This document shows positions 12,455 through 22,846 of a DNA stretch of 64,000 bases, piece after piece (within the stretch, counting starts at the first letter, position 1; each line of letters starts with the position of its first letter). This DNA comes from a virus (taxonomy: Duplodnaviria > Heunggongvirae > Uroviricota > Caudoviricetes), in the IMG/VR virus record IMGVR_UViG_2740892230_000016; one strand, written 5' to 3'. Made by a program: the position numbers and the translations under genes. Below the pieces are notes generated by a model. The model saw only the letters and a program-made list of their open reading frames with translations, did not search any database and was not told where the DNA came from.

Positions 12455-15400
12455 ATGAACAAGCTATCTATGGGGGTGTTTCGCTGTTCAAGTGTCAGCG
12501 AAATATTGAAATACATTAGGGCAATAACATCTCACCGAGCGCCGATTAAATATGGCGTGGAAAAGGTGGAAGGCAAAAGCTATGACCGACTGCGCCGGGA
12601 GGCGAATCAGAAGGCGATAGATTTGCTTAATTCGCTGGTGGACGGCGCGACACTGACAGATGAACAGCGCCAGATCCTGGCTGGGTACACCGGTGAAGGC
12701 GGCATTGGCGGGTCCGTCTCCGAATATTACACACCAAAGCCGATCGCTGAAGGTGTCTGGGAGATCATGAAGCTCTACGGCGCGGACGTAGGTAACACTC
12801 TGGAACCATCGGCGGGAACCGGCGTTTTTAATGAGACAAAACCGGTTGGTACGGTGATGACCGCGACTGAGATCAGCAGTGTTTCCGGTCGTATAAACCA
12901 GTTGTTACACCCGGAAGACAGCGTACAGATTTCCCCGTTCGAACAGCTGGCTGTAAGCACGCCTAACGATTCATTCGACCATGTTGTGGGTAACGTTCCG
13001 TTCGGCGGTCGTGATAACACACGCAACATCGATAAGCCTTACGCAGAAGAAACGGACATGGGTTCTTACTTCATGCTCCGCATGCTGGACAAAATAAAGC
13101 CAGGCGGATTCATGTGTGTGATTGTGCCGCCGTCCATTGTTTCAGGTTCAAACATGAAGCGGTTACGCCTGCGCCTATCCCGTAAAGCTGAATTTCTTGG
13201 CGCTCACCGCTTGCCTACCGGTACTTTTGACGCAAACGGGACCAGTACAGTCGTTGATGTGGTGCTGATGCGCAAACATCCGGCGGAGATGGCTGAGAAA
13301 ATCCCCCTGGTGGATGAAAGCACTCTTGAATCGGCAAATGTGCTTTGGCCAACGTTTATTTCTGGCAAGTGGTTTGAAAAGGACGGTCGCCGGTTTGTTC
13401 ATGGTACCCAGGAAAAGGGCTTCCAGGGGCGTATTGAGGTTCGTGCCGACGGGCAGATTGATAACCAGGCTCTTAAAGCGAAGCTGATTCATCGTTTCGA
13501 AAGTCGTATCGACTGGTCTTTGCTCGATATGGCTGAACCGTCACCGACCGCAGATGTTGTTGATGAAGGGGAAATGCGCCTGATTAATGGCGTATGGCAA
13601 AAATATGCTGGTGGTCGCTGGATTGAAGCTGATGCCGGGAAGGAACTTAAGATCGATGCTGCCAGTTATGGCGCGGATAGCTGGGAGGCTCTTCAGCGTA
13701 ACCTGACTACAACAGAAGGCCGTCTCGGCATGACATTTACCCAGATGGCAAATGTCCGCGATAAGTACACCACATCAATCAGCGACGATATGGTGCAGCT
13801 GGTGGACTGGATTAACAGCCAGCCTGAAAAATACCGTGAACGCTTGTATCGCGGGGCGATGATTGGCCGGATGTTAATTGAATATCAGGACATGAAGGCC
13901 GCCGGGCATAGTGCTGAACAAATCGAACAGCAGCGCCTTTCTCTGGTATCCCGTTTGCAGGCAGAGATTGACCGTTTTGGTAACCCCGGTCGCGGCCCGA
14001 TAGCGAAATTATCGGGGAGCGGTGCGCGCGCCTGGTTTGCTTTCCGTGGTGCAATTAAGCTGGATGGCACTATTTCTGACGAGCTGGCAGGAAAGCTGGT
14101 TACGCATGATTCCAGCGCAAGTTATGACTCCACCAGCTATCAGGACACCCTGCGTTATCTCTACAGTGATCTCACTCGCGATCCAATCCAGCTCGATGAT
14201 TTCCGCCTTGCGTTTACCGGCGAACTGCCAGCCAGTGATGAAGAGTTGCTTAATTTATTGGCCAGCACCCCTGGTATTGCGGTTTCACCGTATGGCGGGA
14301 TTGTTCCGTTCGCCCGCGCCACCAGCGGCGACATTAACGAGATAGTGGCTCCAAAACAGGAATTCCTCGCCACGCTCCCCGACGGTCCAGTAAAGAACAA
14401 CGTCCTTAATCAGCTGGCAGCGATCGAAGAGAAGCGCATCAAGACGCCAGCAGAGAATATCCGGTTTAAGCTCAATAGCCGTTGGTTCGACCGTTCCGTC
14501 ATTCTGGAATTTTTGCAGGAAAACGGCTATCCGGATCTGCGCTATGTGCAGTCAGTGCAGCTTGAAGGCGACGAAATGGTTTCTGACACCTATCACGGTG
14601 GTGATGGTCTGTTCGTCGGGCACCGATACGGTGTCGTCCAGCGCAAGGATAAAGAAACAGGCGAGATCCGCTACGAGTGGGACCGTAAATCAGGTGAAAA
14701 CGCGACCGGGTTCCCGGCACAGCTGGAAAAGTATCTCAATGGTGCGCGTATCGGTGGCAAAGATAGCGCGACGGCTAACGGCTACCGCGAGCAGATGGCA
14801 CTGCTTGAGGACCAGTTCAATAAGTGGATCAAGACGCACGATCGCTACGATGAGCTGGTTGCCAAATACAACGATGTGTTCAATAGCAATATCCCGTATG
14901 AACACTCTGGCGATCCGCTTGGGTTGAAGGGATTAAGCGGTAAGCGCCAGCCATTTGATTACCAGAATAGCGAGGTGCGCCGACTGTCCGAAGATGGGCG
15001 CGGCATCCTGGGCTTCGGCACCGGGCTGGGTAAAACCACGACCGCGCTGGCGCTTGAGGCGTTCAACTATGAGAACGGTCGTTCCACCCGTACTGCGTAT
15101 GTAGTGCCTAAATCAGTGCTGGAAAACTGGTATTACGAAGCAAAAGAGTTTCTGAGTGAAGAGGCATTCAGTAACTACCTGTTCGTCGGTCTTGATGTGC
15201 TGATGGATGGCGATCAGATTCGCCAGGTGCCGGTGCTCGATGAGAACGGTAAACCTGTTCTTGGTACTGATGGCACTCCAGTTATGCGCGATGCTCTTAA
15301 GCTGGCAGATGAAGCCACTATCACGGCGCGGATGAACGCGATCCCGCACTCAAATTACCGTGCAGTCGTGTTTACCAAAGAACAATACGCCCGCATTCCG

Positions 15401-18400
15401 CTACGTGATGACACCGTAGATGAGCATGCACAGGATATGCTTTATGACTTCGTTGCCGCCGGACGCGTAGCCAGCGCAATGGACTCCGACTCCCACCGCA
15501 AAGAGGCCGCGCGTCGCCGGGTATTGTCGGAGTATTCAGATACCGGCACCGAAAAAGCAGAGAAGTATCCGTACTTTGAGGATATGGGCTTCGATAGTGT
15601 GATCGCTGACGAAGGTCACAACTACCGCAATAGCTATAAAAATGGTCGCGAAGCGTCACAACTGGCCTATCTGCCCACCAGCGCGGTGGCGCAATCGGCG
15701 CGAGATATGGCAATTAAAAACGCGTACCTGATGAAAAAGAATGGCGGGCGCGGGCCGGTTCTCCTGACTGCAACGCCAGTCGTTAACACCCCGATCGATG
15801 CATACAACATGCTTTCTCATGTTCTGCCGAAGGAATACTGGCAGAACATGGGGATCTACGGTCCTGATGACTTCGTTAAATTCTTCGGCAAGACCAGGCT
15901 GGAAACGGTACAGAAAATCAGCGGTGAAGTTGAAGAAAAAATGGCGCTGGTGGGCTTTGAAAACCTTGATGCGCTGCGCGGTATATTCCATCGCTGGGTA
16001 ACGCTTAAAACGGCGGAAGACGTTAAGGATACCGTGGAGATCCCGGAGCTGGACGAACACCAGCAGGATGCACCACTTACTGAAGAACAACTGGCGGCGT
16101 ATGAAGAATTGCGTCAGCAGGCGGAAGCGGCGGCCAAAGCCAACAATGGCGTAACGACCTCGGTCAATGAAGACGGCGTGATTGAGCACGAGAAAGCCCG
16201 TCCGATCTTCTCAATAATCAGGGATATGGACCGCGTATGTACTGACATGGACCTGTACTATCGCCGGATCACCTATCGTTTCCTGCCGGAGTACGCCGAT
16301 GCGGTGCAGCAGCTGGCGGACAGTTTGCCTAAACAAGCCACCAGCGAATACGACGACAGTGATGATTCAATCACGCAGCAATCGCAATACTCCCTGATAG
16401 ATAAGGGCGAGTTTATTCAGTTGCAGGTTCCGGAAGCGTTCGAGCAGGAAGTGAATAAGCGCCTGGCCAGGTTTGGCATTGACGAACAGACCGTAACTCA
16501 CCCCGTTACGCCCAAATACGCGAAGCTGATCGCCACGCTGAAGGAGTTTTTCCCGGAAGGTAAGCAAATCATCTTCACCGATGAAAAAACGCAGCACCAG
16601 AAGCTCAAGCGCATTATCTGCAATGCTCTAAACCTTGAACCTTCAAAGGTGGGGATCCTGAATGCTCAGACGGTTGCCGAGGCAGGTAAAACCGGTAAGA
16701 AACTGAAAGCGGTTAAACCGCCGAAAGAGCTACCGGATGAACCAACAGATGCACAGATAGCGAAATACAACGAGCAAATGGCTCTGCATGACGCCTATAT
16801 CGCGCAGCAAAATGAAATGTCGTTGGGCGGTCTGGAAAAGATTGCAGCCGACTTCCAGGAGGGCCGGACTCCGATCATCATCTGCAACAAAAAGGCAGAG
16901 GTGGGTATCAACCTGCATCGAGGAACGACGGATATCCACCACCTGACGTTGCCGTGGACACCAGCCAGTATCGCACAACGTAACGGTCGCGGTGCACGAG
17001 TTGGCTCCAACCGTGCAAGCGTTCGCGTTCACTACTACTGCGGCAAGGGGTCTTTCGATGAATACCGACTGAAGACGCTGAAGCGTAAAGCAGGCTGGAT
17101 CTCCGATATCCTCCGTTCAGATAAGTCAGAAATGGAGAACGCCGACGCCAATGACATGATCGAAATGCAGATGTATACCGCGAAGGATGACGGCGAACGT
17201 CTGGCAATGATGCAGGTTCAAATGGATAAGGCGAAAGCTGCGAAACGCGCTCGCCAGAAAGAACAGGCTACTATCGACCTTCAGAACTACATCAAGGCGC
17301 AGCACGCAGCTGGCGAGGATGTGGAGGTACTTACCGCTGAATTAGAGCGAAGCAAAGCGGAACTTGAAAAGACCACCGCCGAGGTAGCTAAATTCAAACA
17401 GGCGGCAATGGCCAAGGCAGCGGATAACGCAGACTGGAAGGCCCGCTGGGGGAGTGTCCATCACACAGACCGTATGTTGTTAGCACAGTATCGCGCGTCG
17501 TTGAAAAGCGCCATTCAGCGCAAGGCTAATATCTCTCAGGCCATCTCACGCTATGAGAAATTATTGAACCGTACTCAGAAGGCCGCGACGGATATCAAAC
17601 GCCTGCGCCCGCTGGTGGAGGATGCAATAAATAAAGGCATTCTGGATATTGATCCTGACCTGGTTAACCATGCGAGTGAGTTCCTTGTTATCGGCGATCG
17701 CTCATGGCGTGTAGGCCAATACTACGATTGTGCCGGTGATATCGTTCGCATTAAGTCGCTGGACTTCGACAGCCAGCGCGCAGACGTGGAGATCATCTTT
17801 ACCTTCAAAGGCACCAAATCGGGTAACTGGGATGTGAAGACGCTGGATAAACAGGTTGATGTAACTCCCGATGAAGATGCTGTTATGCAGAAAATCAGTG
17901 GTGGCGTCTCCATCGCCGGGATTAACGACATCATTTCCTGTGACGATTTCTACCGTTTCCAGCAGCGCGGCATGATCAAAATCACTGACTCATACGGCGT
18001 TCAGACTACAGAGTCAGGCTATAGCATTGATTTTGTTGGCACCTATACGGACCCACTGAAGCATGCGGTTTACCCGGATCGCCGTGACGGCGCGCTGAAG
18101 TCGTCAATTGCAAAATGGGTGCTTGGTATGATGTCGGAAGGGAATAACCGCCAGATCCGTTCGGCAGAAACATTCCTGGTTGAATTGTTTGGCTTCAATT
18201 ATGGCGATGTAATCGCGTCATACGGAGATACGCTATCCCCTGAAGCAATTCAGGAGAAAATAGCGGATGCGATCACCAGAATGCCGGAAAAAACAAGCCA
18301 GGGGTCTACTCGTAACGGGGATTCTGAACTTGAAGTCACCAATGCCATTTTCGGTACCAATGAGTTCCGGGCGTCAGATTATGAGATCACCACAGCACAG

Positions 18401-19222
18401 TTTGGCACCATTGGCATTTACAGCAATAAAGACGAGATCAAGCAGGCAATGGACGCAGCAAGCGCGCGCATCGCAGCAGAACGGGAAGCCAATCTGAATC
18501 ATGCAGTCGCCGCGCTGACTCAATCGTGGGTAACAGCAATCAGGGAGGCCGCCACCACAGGGAAAATCACACCTGCAATTGCGGATGTCGTAAACGACGG
18601 CTCTAAATTTATGGATGCCTATAAAATGGATTCGGTGCAGTTGCCATCAGCCTATGGCCAACTCAGCTATCGCATGACCTACAACCTGGTATCAATGTTT
18701 TCCGACCTTGCCATCCTTGGGCTGGTGGATCTTAACGAGGTTACGCCGGAATTGCTCAGCATGCGCAAGAATCATGTGGAGATATTGCAGAGAATTAACA
18801 CGGTTCTTGCCGGGCGCACCGATGAAGAGAAACAGGCCGACGCTGATCGGATAAACCTGGCCCTTGGCAACATCACGGAGGAAGAGATTGCCGCCAGAAA
18901 CGAGAAACAAGAAGAGTTATCATCAATACAGGGTGATGCCACCAGCATAGCTCAGTCTCTTGGTCTGAATTATCGCGTATCCACCGCCGACCTGAAGATG
19001 ATGTACGCACCAAAATTCGCCGCTGGCGAGGTATTTGGGCTTCAGGAAGCCTCAGGCATGAAAGGCGTTCTTTTCCGTGCGAAAGACGCAATCAAGGCGA
19101 AATTCGGCGCTCGCTGGCTGCCAGCGAAGGCGAAGAACAGCGATTTCCCGGGTAACTGGTGGATTATCGAGACAAAACACAACGTGGCGGACGTTCTGGC
19201 CGTCATCCAACAATACGCATAA
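12455..19222 (+). CDS. darB: DarB antirestriction protein: N6-adenine methyltransferase fused to SF2 DEAH helicase (2255 aa)
   Basis: 2255-aa product; methyltransferase motif GNVPFGG; helicase Walker A GFGTGLGKTT and DEGH box; AAGGA RBS upstream of ATG. Confidence 0.85.
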   Translation: MNKLSMGVFRCSSVSEILKYIRAITSHRAPIKYGVEKVEGKSYDRLRREANQKAIDLLNSLVDGATLTDEQRQILAGYTGEGGIGGSVSEYYTPKPIAEGVWEIMKLYGADVGNTLEPSAGTGVFNETKPVGTVMTATEISSVSGRINQLLHPEDSVQISPFEQLAVSTPNDSFDHVVGNVPFGGRDNTRNIDKPYAEETDMGSYFMLRMLDKIKPGGFMCVIVPPSIVSGSNMKRLRLRLSRKAEFLGAHRLPTGTFDANGTSTVVDVVLMRKHPAEMAEKIPLVDESTLESANVLWPTFISGKWFEKDGRRFVHGTQEKGFQGRIEVRADGQIDNQALKAKLIHRFESRIDWSLLDMAEPSPTADVVDEGEMRLINGVWQKYAGGRWIEADAGKELKIDAASYGADSWEALQRNLTTTEGRLGMTFTQMANVRDKYTTSISDDMVQLVDWINSQPEKYRERLYRGAMIGRMLIEYQDMKAAGHSAEQIEQQRLSLVSRLQAEIDRFGNPGRGPIAKLSGSGARAWFAFRGAIKLDGTISDELAGKLVTHDSSASYDSTSYQDTLRYLYSDLTRDPIQLDDFRLAFTGELPASDEELLNLLASTPGIAVSPYGGIVPFARATSGDINEIVAPKQEFLATLPDGPVKNNVLNQLAAIEEKRIKTPAENIRFKLNSRWFDRSVILEFLQENGYPDLRYVQSVQLEGDEMVSDTYHGGDGLFVGHRYGVVQRKDKETGEIRYEWDRKSGENATGFPAQLEKYLNGARIGGKDSATANGYREQMALLEDQFNKWIKTHDRYDELVAKYNDVFNSNIPYEHSGDPLGLKGLSGKRQPFDYQNSEVRRLSEDGRGILGFGTGLGKTTTALALEAFNYENGRSTRTAYVVPKSVLENWYYEAKEFLSEEAFSNYLFVGLDVLMDGDQIRQVPVLDENGKPVLGTDGTPVMRDALKLADEATITARMNAIPHSNYRAVVFTKEQYARIPLRDDTVDEHAQDMLYDFVAAGRVASAMDSDSHRKEAARRRVLSEYSDTGTEKAEKYPYFEDMGFDSVIADEGHNYRNSYKNGREASQLAYLPTSAVAQSARDMAIKNAYLMKKNGGRGPVLLTATPVVNTPIDAYNMLSHVLPKEYWQNMGIYGPDDFVKFFGKTRLETVQKISGEVEEKMALVGFENLDALRGIFHRWVTLKTAEDVKDTVEIPELDEHQQDAPLTEEQLAAYEELRQQAEAAAKANNGVTTSVNEDGVIEHEKARPIFSIIRDMDRVCTDMDLYYRRITYRFLPEYADAVQQLADSLPKQATSEYDDSDDSITQQSQYSLIDKGEFIQLQVPEAFEQEVNKRLARFGIDEQTVTHPVTPKYAKLIATLKEFFPEGKQIIFTDEKTQHQKLKRIICNALNLEPSKVGILNAQTVAEAGKTGKKLKAVKPPKELPDEPTDAQIAKYNEQMALHDAYIAQQNEMSLGGLEKIAADFQEGRTPIIICNKKAEVGINLHRGTTDIHHLTLPWTPASIAQRNGRGARVGSNRASVRVHYYCGKGSFDEYRLKTLKRKAGWISDILRSDKSEMENADANDMIEMQMYTAKDDGERLAMMQVQMDKAKAAKRARQKEQATIDLQNYIKAQHAAGEDVEVLTAELERSKAELEKTTAEVAKFKQAAMAKAADNADWKARWGSVHHTDRMLLAQYRASLKSAIQRKANISQAISRYEKLLNRTQKAATDIKRLRPLVEDAINKGILDIDPDLVNHASEFLVIGDRSWRVGQYYDCAGDIVRIKSLDFDSQRADVEIIFTFKGTKSGNWDVKTLDKQVDVTPDEDAVMQKISGGVSIAGINDIISCDDFYRFQQRGMIKITDSYGVQTTESGYSIDFVGTYTDPLKHAVYPDRRDGALKSSIAKWVLGMMSEGNNRQIRSAETFLVELFGFNYGDVIASYGDTLSPEAIQEKIADAITRMPEKTSQGSTRNGDSELEVTNAIFGTNEFRASDYEITTAQFGTIGIYSNKDEIKQAMDAASARIAAEREANLNHAVAALTQSWVTAIREAATTGKITPAIADVVNDGSKFMDAYKMDSVQLPSAYGQLSYRMTYNLVSMFSDLAILGLVDLNEVTPELLSMRKNHVEILQRINTVLAGRTDEEKQADADRINLALGNITEEEIAARNEKQEELSSIQGDATSIAQSLGLNYRVSTADLKMMYAPKFAAGEVFGLQEASGMKGVLFRAKDAIKAKFGARWLPAKAKNSDFPGNWWIIETKHNVADVLAVIQQYA

Positions 19223-19255
19223 CAGGAGCGCCCGGTTCGCCGGGCGTCGCATAAT

Positions 19256-19696
19256 ATGGCCACACTATCTGATACAATAAAACCGAATAAAACATATCTT
19301 GAGGCGGTACTGCGTACGGCGTTGTTAGGAAAGACAGAAGACGAATACGTTGATTTCTTCCTGTCAGGGCTACGCGGGCGATTACTGAAAAATCCCCGCC
19401 TGTACCGCAGCTATGGTCCATACTGGCCGGAAATTAAAAAATTATTACTGGAGCGCGGTTATGGTAATTTCGGTCGTCTCGTTGACCGTGACGTTCGCAA
19501 AATTTACCGTTATGACCGCCCGGCGCTGACGCTCATAGCTGCGACGCTCTACAGCCAGGAGCGTTTTGATAATGGTCAGATATACTCAGCCTGGCATTTA
19601 CTGCCAGTGCCTGAAGAGGTTGACGACCAGGACTATGAGTTTGAGTCTTACGATTTGGAAGTTGAAGCCTTAGCACAGGCTGGAGAGAAAACTTGA
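19256..19696 (+). CDS. ulx: Ulx-like protein (146 aa)
   Basis: ORF immediately downstream of darB and upstream of lxc, matching recalled P1 order darB-ulx-lxc. Confidence 0.45.
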   Translation: MATLSDTIKPNKTYLEAVLRTALLGKTEDEYVDFFLSGLRGRLLKNPRLYRSYGPYWPEIKKLLLERGYGNFGRLVDRDVRKIYRYDRPALTLIAATLYSQERFDNGQIYSAWHLLPVPEEVDDQDYEFESYDLEVEALAQAGEKT

Positions 19697-19941
19697 AAAA
19701 GCGATACTACACAGTAAAGCATGGGACGCTACGAGCATTACAAGAGTTTGCTGATAAGCATAACGTTGAGGTGCGCAGGGAAGGGGGAAGTAAAGCTCTG
19801 CGCATGTACCGTCCGGACGGAAAATGGCGGACGGTCGTCGATTTCAAAACTAACAGCGTTCCCCAGGGCGTCCGCGACCGGGCATTCGAAGAATGGGAGC
19901 AAATCATCATAGATAATGCATTGCTCCTGAATGCGGATTGA
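19693..19941 (+). CDS. lxc: Lxc/Bof-like C1 co-repressor (82 aa)
   Basis: 82-aa ORF overlapping ulx stop; size and position match recalled P1 lxc (bof). Confidence 0.55.
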   Translation: MKKRYYTVKHGTLRALQEFADKHNVEVRREGGSKALRMYRPDGKWRTVVDFKTNSVPQGVRDRAFEEWEQIIIDNALLLNAD

Positions 19942-19950
19942 TTTATATAT

Positions 19951-19970
19951 CGGGCAGTTGTAGCTGCCCG
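19951..19970. terminator. hairpin between convergent lxc and SIR2-like gene
   Basis: CGGGCAG-ttgtag-CTGCCCG inverted repeat flanked by AT-rich sequence on both sides. Confidence 0.5.
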
Positions 19971-19992
19971 TTAAATGTTTGCAGCGTTTCAA

Positions 19993-21300
19993 TTACACTA
20001 TATTTTTCACTATAGAATTGGCGTCATCCAGTACGCCAAGTTCCTCGATGTGTTTTTTTATAATTAATCGATTTGAAGCAATGATTGTAGACCATCGCGT
20101 TTCCCAAGCTCTATAAGCATGCCACGAATAACCTAACCGTCTTTCTTTGCTCATATTGGACATTGAGTATTCGACTGCTTCTAAATATGCCTTTTCATAT
20201 TTAGTGCCAGCAATTTCTATGATACTTCCAAAATATATAAGCCATTTTGCAAGTTGTTCATATTGCTCCCAAGCGCCGCTCTCTCTTGTTAAATTTCTTT
20301 TTTGTTCTATTATCCTCTTAAAAAATTCAACAACTCTGCTGTCACTCCAATCCAAACCTTCAGATATAATTGAAGAAATTATCTGATAAAATGAGTCTTC
20401 TAATCTAATATATTCATTCTTATATGTATGAGAACCTACAATAACTTTTCTAATGTTTTCACGAGCTCTCTCCATTATATCTTCTATGAGCAGTATCTTA
20501 CTGCTCAGTCGATGAAAGAAATCATCTATTTCCGTATTATCAATTACCCTTATTCCAAAACAATAAAAGTAATAGTCCTTCATGTCTTGACTTACTTCGC
20601 CATGAGATATGAAGAATATATTAGAGCACAGTGCATTATCTTTAGAAAATGTCTTATAACTATTTATAATTGCCTTAAGGTTTGTATCACTTAAAGAATA
20701 TCCTAATATCACAACTGTATTTTCATGTAGTATCGTACTAAGTTTTTGTGAAAAATAGGTGTCAGAGTTTATAAACCTGAAGTAGTCTTCTGAAGTAACA
20801 ACCATGTTTTTTGGTGAATCAATAGAACCATGGACATGATATATTTTAACTTTAGATGAGTATTTAGGAATAGGTAAGCCCGGGGTAATAGACTGTACTT
20901 CCTCATCTCCAGTTAAGCATTCAGCTAACTTGTCATAATTTGTTGTAATGACACGGAATGAATTTTTTTGAAAAAAATCTTTTATATTTGATATATCTTC
21001 TCCAAGTTGAATTGGAGATATGATCTCAACAATTTCATCATAAATCGACTTACCCTCAATATTGAGCTTCAAAGATAGTATTTGTGCGGCTTCTTCAAGG
21101 CTCAATGCTGGTGGTTTATCATCAGGGAATAACGTGTCTTCCAACTGTTTGGCGTTGTGAACTTTGCTGCAAACTTTTTTTAATAGTTCTTTCCACGTTG
21201 GAGCTTCGCCGTTCGAGACTGCCTTTGAAAAGCCAGTCCCGGTAAATAGACAAAGCCTGCTTGTAGCGGCAGCGTATGCTAACTCAACATATTCGCTCAT
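19993..21300 (-). CDS. SIR2-like (SIR2_2 family) protein, 435 aa, candidate NAD-depleting antiphage effector
   Basis: Motifs FTGTGFS (aa 19-25), TTNYD with N121, YHVHG with H157, VVILGYSLSD; strongly AT-rich relative to flanks; occupies the slot where P1 carries res/mod. Confidence 0.7.
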   Translation of the reverse strand: MSEYVELAYAAATSRLCLFTGTGFSKAVSNGEAPTWKELLKKVCSKVHNAKQLEDTLFPDDKPPALSLEEAAQILSLKLNIEGKSIYDEIVEIISPIQLGEDISNIKDFFQKNSFRVITTNYDKLAECLTGDEEVQSITPGLPIPKYSSKVKIYHVHGSIDSPKNMVVTSEDYFRFINSDTYFSQKLSTILHENTVVILGYSLSDTNLKAIINSYKTFSKDNALCSNIFFISHGEVSQDMKDYYFYCFGIRVIDNTEIDDFFHRLSSKILLIEDIMERARENIRKVIVGSHTYKNEYIRLEDSFYQIISSIISEGLDWSDSRVVEFFKRIIEQKRNLTRESGAWEQYEQLAKWLIYFGSIIEIAGTKYEKAYLEAVEYSMSNMSKERRLGYSWHAYRAWETRWSTIIASNRLIIKKHIEELGVLDDANSIVKNIV

Positions 21301-21356
21301 TACTTACTCCATTTACTTATAGTTCTATGGAGAAGTATACCCTAATGCATTGACGT

Positions 21357-21998
21357 TTATAGATAATTTCCTTTTCCTGTTAATTCCCCTTTCGGCACCC
21401 GTTTTTGTGCCAGCGTTTGGGTTCCGCGAATTATGTTAATCAGAGGGCTTAGTAACGATGGTTCTTGGCGTGCCTCAACTTCTCCAGCCATTGCCCTGAT
21501 GTAGTCTGCGCTGGCAACGTTGTTGTATTCCGTCGCAAAGCAACATAGTAACGTCAGAACATGCTCTGTCGTTATTTCGCTCCAGTTGATGTTGAAAAAT
21601 TCATCGCCTTTTTTATCGTGTTCGGAATCAAAGATGCTTTGGTGGAGGATGTATTTGCCGGATTCTTTGCGCGGTAACTTGATCGCTTTCTGGCGTTCCA
21701 GCTCCTTGTAAATCTGCATTGCTTCAATTAGTACCGGCCTGCTGTTCATGAAGGGATCGCGCAACCTTACACGCTGGCCAACTCTACCGGTAATAAAGCT
21801 GTTTTCCTCTTCCACCAGCACGATAAAACCTTTTTCCTCTTTCTCACGCAATTCGCGCAGCAACTGGAGTTCCATATCGCGGCGGCGTTCAGGGTAGCTG
21901 GTCCGCTCAGCCATTATCAGCTCGTTGTTGATCCATGCAGCAGTCATTGACGCCGGTTTGCCGACGCTCATCGAAACAACGCATATTTTCTTATCCAT
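21357..21998 (-). CDS. mat: Mat-like protein
   Basis: ORF between ref and the res/mod slot as in P1; first ATG (MDKKICV) at 21998, ORF track start at 22025 is GTG. Confidence 0.45.
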   Translation of the reverse strand: MDKKICVVSMSVGKPASMTAAWINNELIMAERTSYPERRRDMELQLLRELREKEEKGFIVLVEEENSFITGRVGQRVRLRDPFMNSRPVLIEAMQIYKELERQKAIKLPRKESGKYILHQSIFDSEHDKKGDEFFNINWSEITTEHVLTLLCCFATEYNNVASADYIRAMAGEVEARQEPSLLSPLINIIRGTQTLAQKRVPKGELTGKGNYL

Positions 21999-22186
21999 AG
22001 CGCCCCTACAAAAAAGAAAAGCCACCAGCGGCGGCTTAGCAATACAACTGAAGGTAGCGCCCGGTACTCAGACTGTGCCGTCCATGGAATATTTGAAAAG
22101 GGATCCATCCGTACCGGGCATGTGATGATTCTGACTGAAGTCACTTGTCAGTTGTCAATTATTTCAGATTAAAAATAATATATTTA

Positions 22187-22747
22187 TTAGTGCATGATGT
22201 TTGCCATCTCATAGGCGTCAGCCAGCAACTCCATCTCTGACTTGTTCAGCAAGGTGAATTCTTTCTTGCCTCCAACCACACCATCGGCATGAACAGGGAC
22301 CAGCCAGGGGTATTTTTCTCTTACTTCAGCCGGTGCTGCATGCTGGTGGTGCCATCTACAAAGGGGCAATTGCTTTTTGTGACAACCCGGCGCGGTACGA
22401 CCGGAGATATGGTGCAGAGATACCTCTTCAGATATTACTCCATGCATGTAGCAGGCAATGCAAGGGAGAGCGCCAAGAGCATTGGCGATGCTCTGTTCCT
22501 CCGCTGTCGGTGTTCGCCCCTTCAAGCCACGAGATTTTATCTTTACCGCACTTTTCCGCGTTTTGCTGGCTGGTGGGCGCTCTTTCTGTTTAGCGATACG
22601 GCGGTCGATAGAATCCCGCATTTTCTGATATTGCGATTCTCGCCAGGCGGGGTCAGCCAACTTTTCCCGTTGCCGAGCGATCGCTCGTTCTCTGGCTGCC
22701 TTCTGCCACTCGCGGCGCTGTTCAAGTTTTTGTTCGATTGTTTTCAT
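22187..22747 (-). CDS. ref: Ref recombination enhancement function, HNH-type nuclease (186 aa)
   Basis: 186-aa product with Cys/His cluster (CIACYMHG...HHISG...CRWHHQH); position between cra and mat. Confidence 0.8.
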   Translation of the reverse strand: MKTIEQKLEQRREWQKAARERAIARQREKLADPAWRESQYQKMRDSIDRRIAKQKERPPASKTRKSAVKIKSRGLKGRTPTAEEQSIANALGALPCIACYMHGVISEEVSLHHISGRTAPGCHKKQLPLCRWHHQHAAPAEVREKYPWLVPVHADGVVGGKKEFTLLNKSEMELLADAYEMANIMH

Positions 22748-22752
22748 ATGGC

Positions 22753-22779
22753 AAAAAAAAAGGCGGCCTAATGGCCGCC
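22753..22779 (-). terminator. intrinsic terminator 5 nt upstream of ref start codon
   Basis: On minus strand GGCGGCC-auua-GGCCGCC followed by nine U, then GCCAT-ATG of ref. Confidence 0.7.
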
Positions 22780-22846
22780 AATGATGTCAAGGAGTTAAGT
22801 AATGGCAACGTCTTCGTAGTTGACAAAAACTGCGGCTTAATTATAG

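Noticed and set aside
19993-21300. Calling the SIR2-like protein a Thoeris ThsA
   Set aside because: C-terminal half shows no glycine-rich Rossmann-like SLOG pattern and no TIR-domain ThsB gene is adjacent; kept as unclassified SIR2-like
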